A stretch of 64,000 nucleotides of DNA from Botryllus schlosseri (taxonomy: Eukaryota), in assembly GCA_051294905.1 (NCBI GenBank), contig CM119372.1, positions 26,414,001 to 26,478,000 of the forward strand, read 5' to 3'. This document shows positions 12,801 to 26,594 of the stretch, piece after piece (within the stretch, counting starts at the first letter, position 1; every line of letters starts with the position of its first letter). The position numbers and the translations under genes are program-made. The notes under the pieces are model-generated. The model had not been told where the DNA came from. It did not search any database and saw only the letters and a program-made list of their open reading frames with translations.

Positions 12801-15800
12801 TGACATTTTGGGGGGTATGAAATTTACCAAGATTTCTCTATGTTCCCGAAGGCCTAGAACTACAATTCCGGAATCAGAGTGTCTAACTCTGAAAGTTAGA
12901 CCGATTGCACGCAATAACTTTTCCCTGGCTATTGTACTTAGAGAGATATTGGCATACTTTGACATTTTGGGGGGTATGAAATTTACCAAGATTTCTCTAT
13001 GTTCCCGAAGGCCTAGAACTACAATTCCGGTATCATAGTGTCTAACTCTGAAAGTTACACCGATTGCACGCAATAACTTTTCCCTGGCTATTGTACTTAG
13101 AGAGATATTGGCATACTTTGACATTTTGGGGGGTATGAAATTTACCAAGATTTCTCTATGTTCCCGAAGGCCTAGAACTACAATTCCGGTATCAGAGTGT
13201 CTAACTCTGAAAGTTACACCGATTGCACGCAATAACTTCTCCCTGGCTATTGTACTTAGAGAGATATTGGCATACTTTGACATTTTGGGGGGTATGAAAT
13301 TTACCAAGATTTCTCTATGTTCCCGAAGGCCTAGAATTACAATTCCGGTATCAGAGTGTCTAACTCTGAAAGTTACACTGATTGCACGCAGTAACTTTTC
13401 CCTGGCTATTGTACTTAGAGAGATATTGGCATACTTTGACATTTTGGGGGGTATGAAATTTACCAAGATTTCTCTATGTTCCCGAAGGCCTAGAACTACA
13501 ATTCCGGTATCATAGTGTCTAACTCTGAAAGTTACACCGATTGCACGCAATAACTTTTCCCTGGCTATTGTACTTAGAGAGATATTGGCATACTTTGACA
13601 TTTTGGGGGGTATGAAATTTACCAAGATTTCTCTATGTTCCCGAAGGCCTAGAACTACAATTCCGGTATCAGAGTGTCTAACTCTGAAAGTTACACCGAT
13701 TGCACGCAATAACTTCTCCCTGGCTATTGTACTTAGAGAGATATTGGCATACTTTGACATTTTGGGGGGTATGAAATTTACCAAGATTTCTCTATGTTCC
13801 CGAAGGCCTAGAATTACAATTCCGATATCAGAGTGTCCAACTCTGAAAGTTAGACCGATTGCACGCAATAACTTTTCCCTGGCTATTGTACTTAGAGAGA
13901 TATTGGCATACTTTGACATTTTGGGGGGTATGAAATTTACCAAGATTTCTCTATGTTCCCGAAGGCCTAGAACTACAATTCCGGTATCAGAGTGTCTAAC
14001 TCTGAAAGTTACAACGATTGCACGCAATAACTTTTCCCTGGCTATTGTACTTAGAGAGATATTGGCATACTTTGACATTTTGGGGGGTATGAAATTTACC
14101 AAGATTTCTCTATGTTCCCGAAGGCCTAGAACTACAATTCCGGAATCAGAGTGTCTAACTCTGAAAGTTAGACCGATTGCACGCAATAACTTTGTCCTGT
14201 CTATTGTGCTTAGAGAGATATTGGCATACTTTGACATTTTGGGGGGTATGAAATTTACCAAGATTTCTCTATGTTCCCGAAGGCCTAGAACTACAATTCC
14301 GGTATCAGAGTGTCTACCTCTGAAAGTTACATCGATTGCACGCAATAACTTTTCCCAGGCTATTGTACTTAGAGAGATATTGGCATACTTTGACATTTTG
14401 GGGGGTATGAAATTTACCAAGATTTCTCTATGTTCCCGAAGGCCTAGAACTACAATTCCGGAATCAGAGTGTCTAACTCTGAAAGTTAGACCGATTGCAC
14501 GCAATAACTTTTCCCTGGCTATTGTACTTAGAGAGATATTGGCATACTTTGACATTTTGGGGGGTATGAAATTTACCAAGATTTCTCTATGTTCCCGAAG
14601 GCCTAGAACTACAATTCCGGTATCATAGTGTCTAACTCTGAAAGTTACACCGATTGCACGCAATAACTTTTCCCTGGCTATTGTACTTAGAGAGATATTG
14701 GCATACTTTGACATTTTGGGGGGGTATGAAATTTACCAAGATTTCTCTATGTTCCCGAAGGCCTAGAACTACAATTCCGGTATCAGAGTGTCTAACTCTG
14801 AAAGTTACACCGATTGCACGCAATAACTTTTCCCTGGCTATTGTACTTAGAGAGATATTGGCATACTTTGACATTTTGGGGGGTATGAAATTTACCAAGA
14901 TTTCTCTATGTTCCCGAAAGCCTAGAACTACAATTCCGGTATCAGAGTGTCTAACTCTGAAAGTTACACCGATTGCACGCAATAACTTTTCCCTGGCTAT
15001 TGTACTTAGAGAGATATTGGCATACTTTGACATTTTGTGGGGTATGAAATTTACCAAGATTTCTCTATGTTCCCGAAGGCCTAGAACTACAATTCCGGTA
15101 TCAGAGTGTCTAACTCTGAAAGTTACACCGATTGCACGCAATAACTTTTCCCTGGCTATTGTACTTAGAGAGATATTGGCATACTTTGACATTTTGGGGG
15201 GTATGAAATTTACCAAGATTTCTCTGTGTTCCCGAAGGCCTAGAACTACAATTCCGGTATCAGAGTGTCTAACTCTGAAAGTTAGACCGATTGCACGCAA
15301 TAACTTTTCCCTGGCTATTGTACTTAGAGAGATATTGGCATACTTTGACATTTTGGGGGGTATGAAATTTACCAAGATTTCTCTATGTTCCCGAAGGCCT
15401 AGAACTACAATTCCGGTATCAGAGTGTCTAACTCTGAAAGTTACAACGATTGCACGCAATAACTTTTCCCTGGCTATTGTACTTAGAGAGATATTGGCAT
15501 ACTTTGACATTTTGGGGGGTATGAAATTTACCAAGATTTCTCTATGTTCCCGAAGGCCTAGAACTACAATTCCGGTATCAGAGTGTCTAACTCTGAAAGT
15601 TAGACCGATTGCACGCAATAACTTTGTCCTGTCTATTGTGCTTAGAGAGATATTGGCATACTATGACATTTTGGGGGGTATGAAATTTACCAAGATTTCT
15701 CTATGTTCCCGAAGGCCTAGAACTACAATTCCGGTATCAGAGTGTCTAACTCTGAAAGTTACATCGATTGCACGCAATAACTTTTCCCAGGCTATTGTAC

Positions 15801-18800
15801 TTAGAGAGATATTGGCATACTTTGACATTTTGGGGGGTATGAAATTTACCAAGATTTCTCTATGTTCCCGAAGGCCTAGAACTACAATTCCGGAATCAGA
15901 GTGTCTAACTCTGAAAGTTAGACCGATTGCACGCAATAACTTTTCCCTGGCTATTGTACTTAGAGAGATATTGGCATACTTTGACATTTTGGGGGGTATG
16001 AAATTTACCAAGATTTCTCTATGTTCCCGAAGGCCTAGAACTACAATTCCGGTATCATAGTGTCTAACTCTGAAAGTTACACCGATTGCACGCAATAACT
16101 TTTCCCTGGCTATTGTACTTAGAGAGATATTGGCATACTTTGACATTTTGGGGGGTATGAAATTTACCAAGATTTCTCTATGTTCCCGAAGGCCTAGAAC
16201 TACAATTCCGGTATCAGAGTGTCTAACTCTGAAAGTTACACCGATTGCACGCAATAACTTCTCCCTGGCTATTGTACTTAGAGAGATATTGGCATACTTT
16301 GACATTTTGGGGGGTATGAAATTTACCAAGATTTCTCTATGTTCCCGAAGGCCTAGAATTACAATTCCGGTATCAGAGTGTCTAACTCTGAAAGTTACAC
16401 TGATTGCACGCAGAAACTTTTCCCTGGCTATTGTACTTAGAGAGATATTGGCATACTTTGACATTTTGGGGGGTATGAAATTTACCAAGATTTCTCTATG
16501 TTCCCGAAGGCCTAGAACTACAATTCCGGTATCATAGTGTCTAACTCTGAAAGTTACACCGATTGCACGCAATAACTTTTCCCTGGCTATTGTACTTAGA
16601 GAGATATTGGCATACTTTGACATTTTGGGGGGTATGAAATTTACCAAGATTTCTCTATGTTCCCGAAGGCCTAGAACTACAATTCCGGTATCAGAGTGTC
16701 TAACTCTGAAAGTTACACCGATTGCACGCAATAACTTTTCCCTGGCTATTGTACTTAGAGAGATATTGGCATACTTTGACATTTTGGGGGGTATGAAATT
16801 TACCAAGATTTCTCTATGTTCCCGAAAGCCTAGAACTACAATTCCGGTATCAGAGTGTCTAACTCTGAAAGTTACACCGATTGCACGCAATAACTTTTCC
16901 CTGGCTATTGTACTTAGAGAGATATTGGCATACTTTGACATTTTGTGGGGTATGAAATTTACCAAGATTTCTCTATGTTCCCGAAGGCCTAGAACTACAA
17001 TTCCGGTATCAGAGTGTCTAACTCTGAAAGTTACACCGATTGCACGCAATAACTTTTCCCTGGCTATTGTACTTAGAGAGATATTGGCATACTTTGACAT
17101 TTTGGGGGGTATGAAATTTACCAAGATTTCTCTGTGTTCCCGAAGGCCTAGAACTACAATTCCGGTATCAGAGTGTCTAACTCTGAAAGTTAGACCGATT
17201 GCACGCAATAACTTTTTCCTGGCTATTGTACTTAGAGAGATATTGGCATACTTTGACATTTTGGGGGGTATGAAATTTACCAAGATTTCTCTATGTTCCC
17301 GAAGGCCTAGAACTACAATTCCGGTATCAGAGTGTCTAACTCTGAAAGTTACAACGATTGCACGCAATAACTTTTCCCTGGCTATTGTACTTAGTGAGAT
17401 ATTGGCATACTTTGACATTTTGGGGGGTATGAAATTTACCAAGATTTCTCTATGTTCCCGAAGGCCTAGAACTACAATTCCGGTATCAGAGTGTCTAACT
17501 CTGAAAGTTAGACCGATTGCACGCAATAACTTTGTCCTGTCTATTGTGCTTAGAGAGATATTGGCATACTTTGACATTTTGGGGGGTATGAAATTTACCA
17601 AGATTTCTCTATGTTCCCGAAGGCCTAGAACTACAATTCCGGTATCAGAGTGTCTAACTCTGAAAGTTACATCGATTGCACGCAATAACTTTTCCCAGGC
17701 TATTGTACTTAGAGAGATATTGGCATACTTTGACATTTTGGGGGGTATGAAATTTACCAAGATTTCTCTATGTTCCCGAAGGCCTAGAACTACAATTCCG
17801 GTATCAGAGTGTCTAACTCTGAAAGTTACACCGATTGCACGCAATAACTTTTCCCTGGCTATTGTACTTAGAGAGATATTGGCATACTTTGACATTTTGG
17901 GGGGTATGAAATTTACCAAGATTTCTCTATGTTCCCGAAGGCCTAGAACTACAATTCCGGTATCAGAGTGTCTAACTCTGAAAGTTACACCGATTGCACG
18001 CAATAACTTCTCCCTGGCTATTGTACTTAGAGAGATATTGGCATACTTTGACATTTTGGGGGGTATGAAATTTACCAAGATTTCTCTATGTTCCCGAAGG
18101 CCTAGAATTACAATTCCGGTATCAGAGTGTCTAACACTGAAAGTTACACTGATTGCACTCAGAAACTTTTCCCTGGCTATTGTACTTAGAGAGATATTGG
18201 CATACTTTGACATTTTGGGGGGTATGAAATTTACCAAGATTTCTCTATGTTCCCGAAGGCCTAGAACTACAATTCCGGTATCATAGTGTCTAACTCTGAA
18301 AGTTACACCGATTGCACGCAATAACTTTTCCCTGGCTATTGTACTTAGAGAGATATTGGCATACTTTGACATTTTGGGGGGTATGAAATTTACCAAGATT
18401 TCTCTATGTTCCCGAAGGCCTAGAACTACAATTCCGGTATCAGAGTGTCTAACTCTGAAAGTTACACCGATTGCACGCAATAACTTTTCCCTGGCTATTG
18501 TACTTAGAGAGATATTGGCATACTTTGACATTTTGGGGGGTATGAAATTTACCAAGATTTCTCTATGTTCCCGAAAGCCTAGAACTACAATTCCGGTATC
18601 AGAGTGTCTAACTCTGAAAGTTAGACCGATTGCACGCAATAACTTTTTCCTGGCTATTGTACTTAGAGAGATATTGGCATACTTTGACATTTTGGGGGGT
18701 ATGAAATTTACCAAGATTTCTCTATGTTCCCGAAGGCCTAGAACTACAATTCCGGTATCAGAGTGTCTAACTCTGAAAGTTACAACGATTGCACGCAATA

Positions 18801-20720
18801 ACTTTTCCCTGGCTATTGTACTTAGTGAGATATTGGCATACTTTGACATTTTGGGGGGTATGAAATTTACCAAGATTTCTCTATGTTCCCGAAGGCCTAG
18901 AACTACAATTCCGGTATCAGAGTGTCTAACTCTGAAAGTTAGACCGATTGCACGCAATAACTTTGTCCTGTCTATTGTGCTTAGAGAGATATTGGCATAC
19001 TTTGACATTTTTGGGGGTATGAAATTTACCAAGATTTCTCTATGTTCCCGAAGGCCTAGAACTACAATTCCGGTATCAGAGTGTCTAACTCTGAAAGTTA
19101 CATCGATTGCACGCAATAACTTTTCCCAGGCTATTGTACTTAGAGAGATATTGGCATACTTTGACATTTTGGGGGGTATGAAATTTACCAAGATTTCTCT
19201 ATGTTCCCGAAGGCCTAGAACTACAATTCCGGAATCAGAGTGTCTAACTCTGAAAGTTAGACCGATTGCACGCAATAACTTTTCCCTGGCTATTGTACTT
19301 AGAGAGATATTGGCATACTTTGACATTTTGGGGGGTATGAAATTTACCAAGATTTCTCTATGTTCCCGAAGGCCTAGAACTACAATTCCGGTATCATAGT
19401 GTCTAACTCTGAAAGTTACACCGATTGCACGCAATAACTTTTCCCTGGCTATTGTACTTAGAGAGATATTGGCATACTTTGACATTTTGGGGGGTATGAA
19501 ATTTACCAAGATTTCTCTATGTTCCCGAAGGCCTAGAACTACAATTCCGGTATCAGAGTGTCTAACTCTGAAAGTTAGACCGATTGCACGCAATAACTTT
19601 TCCCTGGCTATTGTACTTAGAGAGATATTGGCATACTTTGACATTTTGGGGGGTATGAAATTTACCAAGATTTCTCTATGTTCCCGAAGGCCTAGAATTA
19701 CAATACCGGTATCAGAGTGTCTAACTCTGAAAGTTACACTGAGTGCACGCAGTAACTTTTCCCTGGCTATTGTACTTAGAGAGATATTGGCATACTTTGA
19801 CATTTGGGGGGGTATGAAATTTACCAAGATTTCTCTATGTTCCCGAAGGCCTAGAACTACAATTCCGGTATCAGAGTGTCTAACTCTGAAAGTTACACCG
19901 ATTGCACGCAATAACTTCTCCCTGGCTATTGTACTTAGAGAGATATTGGCATACTTTGACATTTTGGGGGGTATGAAATTTACCAAGATTTCTCTATGTT
20001 CCCGAAGGCCTAGAATTACAATTCCGGTATCAGAGTGTCTAACTCTGAAAGTTACACCGATTGCACGCAATAACTTTTCCCTGGCTATTGTACTTAGAGA
20101 GATATTGGCATACTTTGACATTTTGGGGGGTATGAAATTTACCAAGATTTCTCTATGTTCCCGAAGGCCTAGAACTACAATTCCGGTATCAGAGTGTCTA
20201 ACTCTGGAAGTTACACCGATTGCACGCAATAACTTTTCCCTGGCTATTGTACTTAGAGAGATATTGGCATACTTTGACATTTTGGGGGGTATGAAATTTA
20301 CCAAGATTTCTCTATGTTCCAGAAGGCCTAGAACTACAATTCCGGTATCAGAGTGTCTAACTCTGAAAGTTACACCGATTGCACGCAATAACTTTTCCCT
20401 GGCTATTGTACTTAGAGAGATATTGGCATACTTTGACATTTTGGGGGGTATGAAATTTACCAAGATTTCTCTATGTTCCCGAAGGCCTAGAACTACAATT
20501 CCGGTATCAGAGTGTCTAACTCTGAAAGTTACACCGATTGCACGCAATAACTTTTCCCTGGCTATTGTACTTAGAGAGATATTGGCATACTTTGACATTT
20601 TGGGGGGTATGAAATTTACCAAGATTTCTCCATGTTCCCGAAGGCCTAGAACTACAATTCCGGTATCAGAGTGTCTAACTCTGAAAGTTAGACCGATTGC
20701 ACGCAATAACTTTTCCCTGG

Positions 20721-23700
20721 CTGTTGTACTTAGAGAGATATTGGCAAATTTTGACATTTTGGGGGGTATGAAATTGACCTCGATTTCTCCATGTTCCCGA
20801 AGGCCTAGAACTACAATTCCGGTATCAGAGTGTCTAACTCTGAAAGTTAGACCGATTGCACGCAATAACTTTTCCCTGACTGTTGTACTTAGAGAGATAT
20901 TGGCAAATTTTGACATTTTGGGGGGTATGAAATTTACCTCGATTTCTCCATGTTCCCGAAGGCCTAGAATTACAATTCCGGTATCAGAGTGTCTAACTCT
21001 GAAAGTTAGACCGATTGCACGCAATAACTTTTCCCTGACTGTTGTACTTAGAGAGATATTGGCAAATTTTGACATTTTGGGGGGTATGAAATTGACCTCG
21101 ATTTCTCCATGTTCCCGAAGGCCTAGAACTACAATTCCGGTATCAGAGTGTCTAACTCTGACAGTTAGACCGATTGCACGCAATAACTTTTCCCTGACTG
21201 TTGTACTTAGAGAGATATTGGCAAATTTTGACATTTTGGGGGGTATGAAATTGACCTCGATTTCTCCATGTTCCCGAAGGCCTAGAACTACAATTCCGGT
21301 ATCAGAGTGTCTAACTCTGAAAGTTAGACCGATTGCACGCAATAACTTTTCCCTGACTGTTGTACTTAGAGAGATATTGGCAAATTTTGACATTTTGGGG
21401 GGTATGAAATTGACCTCGATTTCTCCATGTTCCCGAAGGCCTAGAACTACAATTCCGGTATCAGAGTGTCTATCTCTGAAAGTTAGACCGATTGCACGCA
21501 ATAACTTTTCCCTGACTGTTGTACTTAGAGAGATATTGGCAAATTTTGACATTTTGGGGGGTATGAAATTGACCTCGATTTCTCCATGTTCCCGAAGGCC
21601 TAGAACTACAATTCCGGTATCAGAGTGTCTAACTCTGAAAGTTAGACCGATTGCACGCAATAACTTTTCCCTGACTGTTGTACTTAGAGAGATATTGGCA
21701 AATTTTGACATTTTGGGGGGTATGAAATTGACCTCGATTTCTCCATGTTCCCGAAGGCCTAGAACTACAATTCCGGTATCAGAGTGTCTAACTCTGAAAG
21801 TTAGACCGATTGCACGCAATAACTTTTCCCTGACTGTTGTACTTAGAGAGATATTGGCAAATTTTGACATTTTGGGGGGTATGAAATTGACCTCGATTTC
21901 TCCATGTTCCCGAAGGCCTAGAACTACAATTCCGGTATCAGAGTGTCTAACTCTGAAAGTTAGACCGATTGCACGCAATAACTTTTCCCTGACTGTTGTA
22001 CTTAGAGAGATATTGGCAAATTTTGACATTTTGGGGGGTATGAAATTGACCTCGATTTCTCCATGTTCCCGAAGGCCTAGAACTACAATTCCGGTATCAG
22101 AGTGTCTAACTCTGAAAGTTAGACCGATTGCACGCAATAACTTTTCCCTGACCGTTGTACTTAGAGAGATATTGGCAAATTTTGACATTTTGGGGGGTAT
22201 GAAATTGACCTCGATTTCTCCATGTTCCCGAAGGCCTAGAACTACAATTCCAGTATCAGAGTGTCTAACTCTGAAAGTTAGACCGATTGCACGCAATAAC
22301 TTTTCCCTGACTGTTGTACTTAGAGAGATATTGGCAAATTTTGACATTTTGGGGGGTATGAAATTGACCTCGATTTCTCCATGTTCCCGAAGGCCTAGAA
22401 CTACAATTCCGGTATCAGAGTGTCCAACTCTGAAAGTTAGACCGATTGCGCGCAATAACTTTTCCCTGGCTATTGTACTTAGAGAGATATTGGCATACTT
22501 TGACATTTTGGGGGGTATGAAATTTACCAAGATTTCTCTATGTTCCCGAAGGCCTAGAACTACAATTCCGGTATCAGAGTGTCTAACTCTGAAAGTTACA
22601 ACGATTGCACGCAATAACTTTTCCCTGGCTATTGTACTTAGAGAGATATTGGCATACTTTGACATTTTGGGGGGTATGAAATTTACCAAGATTTCTCTAT
22701 GTTCCCGAAGGCCTAGAACTACAATTCCGGAATCAGAGTGTCTAACTCTGAAAGTTAGACCGATTGCACGCAAAAACTTTGTCCTGTCTATTGTGCTTAG
22801 AGAGATATTGGCATACTTTGACATTTTGGGGGGTATGAAATTTACCAAGATTTCTCTATGTTCCCGAAGGCCTAGAACTACAATTCCGGTATCAGAGTGT
22901 CTAACTCTGAAAGTTACATCGATTGCACGCAATAACTTTTCCCAGGCTATTGTACTTAGAGAGATATTGGCATACTTTGACATTTTGGGGGGTATGAAAT
23001 TTACCAAGATTTCTCTATTTTCCCGAAGGCCTAGAACTACAATTCCGGAATCAGAGTGTCTAACTCTGAAAGTTAGACCGATTGCACGCAATAACTTTTC
23101 CCTGGCTATTGTACTTAGAGAGATATTGGCATACTTTGACATTTTGGGGGGTATGAAATTTACCAAGATTTCTCTATGTTCCCGAAGGCCTAGAACTACA
23201 ATTCCGGTATCAGAGTGTCTAACTCTGAAAGTTAGACCGATTGCACGCAATAACTTTTCCCTGACTGTTGTACTTAGAGAGATATTGGCAAATTTTGACA
23301 TTTTGGGGGGTATGAAATTGACCTCGATTTCTCCATGTTCCCGAAGGCCTAGAACTACAATTCCGGTATCAGAGTGTCTAACTCTGAAAGTTAGACCGAT
23401 TGCACGCAATAACTTTTCCCTGACTGTTGTACTTAGAGAGATATTGGCAAATTTTGACATTTTGGGGGGTATGAAATTGACCTCGATTTCTCCATGTTCC
23501 CGAAGGCCTAGAACTACAATTCCGGTATCAGAGTGTCTAACTCTGAAAGTTAGACCGATTGCACGCAATAACTTTTCCCTGACTGTTGTACTTAGAGAGA
23601 TATTGGCAAATTTTGACATTTTGGGGGGTATGAAATTGACCTCGATTTCTCCATGTTCCCGAAGGCCTAGAACTACAATTCCGGTATCAGAGTGTCTAAC

Positions 23701-24135
23701 TCTGAAAGTTAGACCGATTGCACGCAATAACTTTTCCCTGACTGTTGTACTTAGAGAGATATTGGCAAATTTTGACATTTTGGGGGGTATGAAATTGACC
23801 TCGATTTCTCCATGTTCCCGAAGGCCTAGAACTACAATTCCGGTATCAGAGTGTCTAACTCTGAAAGTTAGACCGATTGCACGCAATAACTTTTCCCTGA
23901 CCGTTGTACTTAGAGAGATATTGGCAAATTTTGACATTTTGGGGGGTATGAAATTGACCTCGATTTCTCCATGTTCCCGAAGGCCTAGAACTACAATTCC
24001 AGTATCAGAGTGTCTAACTCTGAAAGTTAGACCGATTGCACGCAATAACTTTTCCCTGACTGTTGTACTTAGAGAGATATTGGCAAATTTTGACATTTTG
24101 GGGGGTATGAAATTGACCTCGATTTCTCCATGTTC
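20721..24135 (+). repeat. Variant satellite subfamily (11 + 6 monomers, separated by standard-type monomers)
   Basis: Linked substitutions CTGACTGTTG, GGCAAATTTTG, AATTGACCTCG, CTCCATG in 11 consecutive monomers (about 20721-22385) and 6 more (about 23261-24135). Confidence 0.95.
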
Positions 24136-25421
24136 CCGAAGGCCTAGAACTACAATTCCGGTATCAGAGTGTCCAACTCTGAAAGTTAGACCGATTGCGC
24201 GCAATAACTTTTCCCTGGCTATTGTACTTAGAGAGATATTGGCATACTTTGACATTTTGGGGGGTATGAAATTTACCAAGATTTCTCTATGTTCCCGAAG
24301 GCCTAGAACTACAATTCCGGTATCAGAGTGTCTAACTCTGAAAGTTACAACGATTGCACGCAATAACTTTTCCCTGGCTATTGTACTTAGAGAGATATTG
24401 GCATACTTTGACATTTTGGGGGGTATGAAATTTACCAAGATTTCTCTATGTTCCCGAAGGCCTAGAACTACAATTCCGGAATCAGAGTGTCTAACTCTGA
24501 AAGTTAGACCGATTGCACGCAAAAACTTTGTCCTGTCTATTGTGCTTAGAGAGATATTGGCATACTTTGACATTTTGGGGGGTATGAAATTTACCAAGAT
24601 TTCTCTATGTTCCCGAAGGCCTAGAACTACAATTCCGGTATCAGAGTGTCTAACTCTGAAAGTTACATCGATTGCACGCAATAACTTTTCCCAGGCTATT
24701 GTACTTAGAGAGATATTGGCATACTTTGACATTTTGGGGGGTATGAAATTTACCAAGATTTCTCTATGTTCCCGAAGGCCTAGAACTACAATTCCGGAAT
24801 CAGAGTGTCTAACTCTGAAAGTTAGACCGATTGCACGCAATAACTTTTCCCTGGCTATTGTACTTAGAGAGATATTGGCATACTTTGACATTTTGGGGGG
24901 TATGAAATTTACCAAGATTTCTCTATGTTCCCGAAGGCCTAGAACTACAATTCCGGTATCATAGTGTCTAACTCTGAAAGTTACACCGATTGCACGCAAT
25001 AACTTTTCCCTGGCTATTGTACTTAGAGAGATATTGGCATACTTTGACATTTTGGGGGGTATGAAATTTACCAAGATTTCTCTATGTTCCCGAAGGCCTA
25101 GAACTACAATTCCGGTATCAGAGTGTCTAACTCTGAAAGTTACACCGATTGCACGCAATAACTTTTCCCTGGCTATTGTACTTAGAGAGATATTGGCATA
25201 CTTTGACATTTTGGGGGGTATGAAATTTACCAAGATTTCTCTATGTTCCCGAAAGCCTAGAACTACAATTCCGGTATCAGAGTGTCTAACTCTGAAAGTT
25301 ACACCGATTGCACGCAATAACTTTTCCCTGGCTATTGTACTTAGAGAGATATTGGCATACTTTGACATTTTGTGGGGTATGAAATTTACCAAGATTTCTC
25401 TATGTTCCCGAAGGCCTAGAA

Positions 25422-26594
25422 CAGTGGTTCTTAACCTTGCTCCCAGCGCCCCCCAGGGGGCGCTGGCGATTTTGAAGGGGGGCGGAAACGCTCAGGGGGC
25501 GATATGGGGGGCGCTGGGCTCAGGGGGGCGGAATGGGGGGCGCTGGAGAAAAATGGCTTCGCAGTAGATGATGTGGTGATAGGACATATCCTTAATGAGT
25601 ATTCAGAGCAAATTAACACCGAAAACTTCGTTACATATTGCCTTCAAAATACATATAGGTTTAATTGTCCATGGGCGCCTAAATGACTGACACCGAATGT
25701 TCCTGTCTTGGCAATCTGAACCCCAGAAGACGAATTCCATCTGACAGGGAAAAATTTTATGTCAGTGAAGAAATACCAATCTGAAATCGTCTGCTTCTTT
25801 TAGTTTAGTACGATTGGGCGACAGGGATATTCCTGTTGGGCGATATCCCCGTTGAGCGTTTCTATATTTTTTGATATTGCAGACAGGGGGTCACGAAATA
25901 ACATCATGCAACGAAGTCATACCAACGGGTTCGCCCGCCCGAATATGGTTTTTTAGTAACTGGCCCTACAGTTTACGTGAGCAGAGAGAGGATAAAAATT
26001 AATTTCAATTTACATGCAATTCCCGATGATATTGACCAATTCAATCAGAAATTTTTCGCGATTCGCGCGACTAGGCGAGAATAGCTTCCTCAGTAAATGG
26101 ACACCCAATGTAGATACTGACGAAGTGGTGTTACGGCCCTGGTAACGAATAATTGTACCTGCGGGCACGCCCGAATATGTTTAATTATTAATTACGTGCC
26201 CTTTATTTTCCTATACAACAGCTAACTCAGTGCTACTGGTAAATCTGATTACGTGGGCTGAGAGGATAAAAAGTTTATAGCGACTTATATATGTAATTAC
26301 CACCTATTCATTCATGCATTATAGAAAATTTTGGTACCTAGGTCGACCAGGCCACACAAACTTTGCTGACCATCGAAATCACGATATGGGGTTCGTGGGT
26401 GCGAAGCCCTCAGAAGTTCGGTCTATCACGCTGTGGGAGCGCAAGGCAATCAGTTTTAGGGGGTTGACAAAGTGCCCTCCCTCTTACTCATTGTCTTTAT
26501 TACATTCACTACATTATGAAGTTTGGGGGGGGGGCGCTGGAGCACGATAATTTTTGAAAGGGGGCGCTGAAGGAAAAAAGGTTAAGAACCACTG
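25422..26594. mobile_element. Non-autonomous hAT (Buster/Charlie-like) element, 1173 bp, inserted in the satellite
   Basis: Perfect 17-bp TIR CAGTGGTTCTTAACCTT / AAGGTTAAGAACCACTG; 8-bp TSD GCCTAGAA (25414-25421, 26595-26602); GGGGCGC subterminal repeats at both ends; no transposase ORF. Confidence 0.95.

Larger units (their letters stand above)
1..25421 (+). repeat. 159-bp tandem satellite array, left part (continues beyond window start)
   Basis: Monomer CTTAGAGAGATATTGGCATACTTTGACATTTTGGGGGGTATGAAATTTACCAAGATTTCTCTATGTTCCCGAAGGCCTAGAACTACAATTCCGGTATCAGAGTGTCTAACTCTGAAAGTTACACCGATTGCACGCAATAACTTTTCCCTGGCTATTGTA repeats head-to-tail with a 159-bp period; most copies differ from consensus by 0-4 substitutions. 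Confidence 0.99.
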
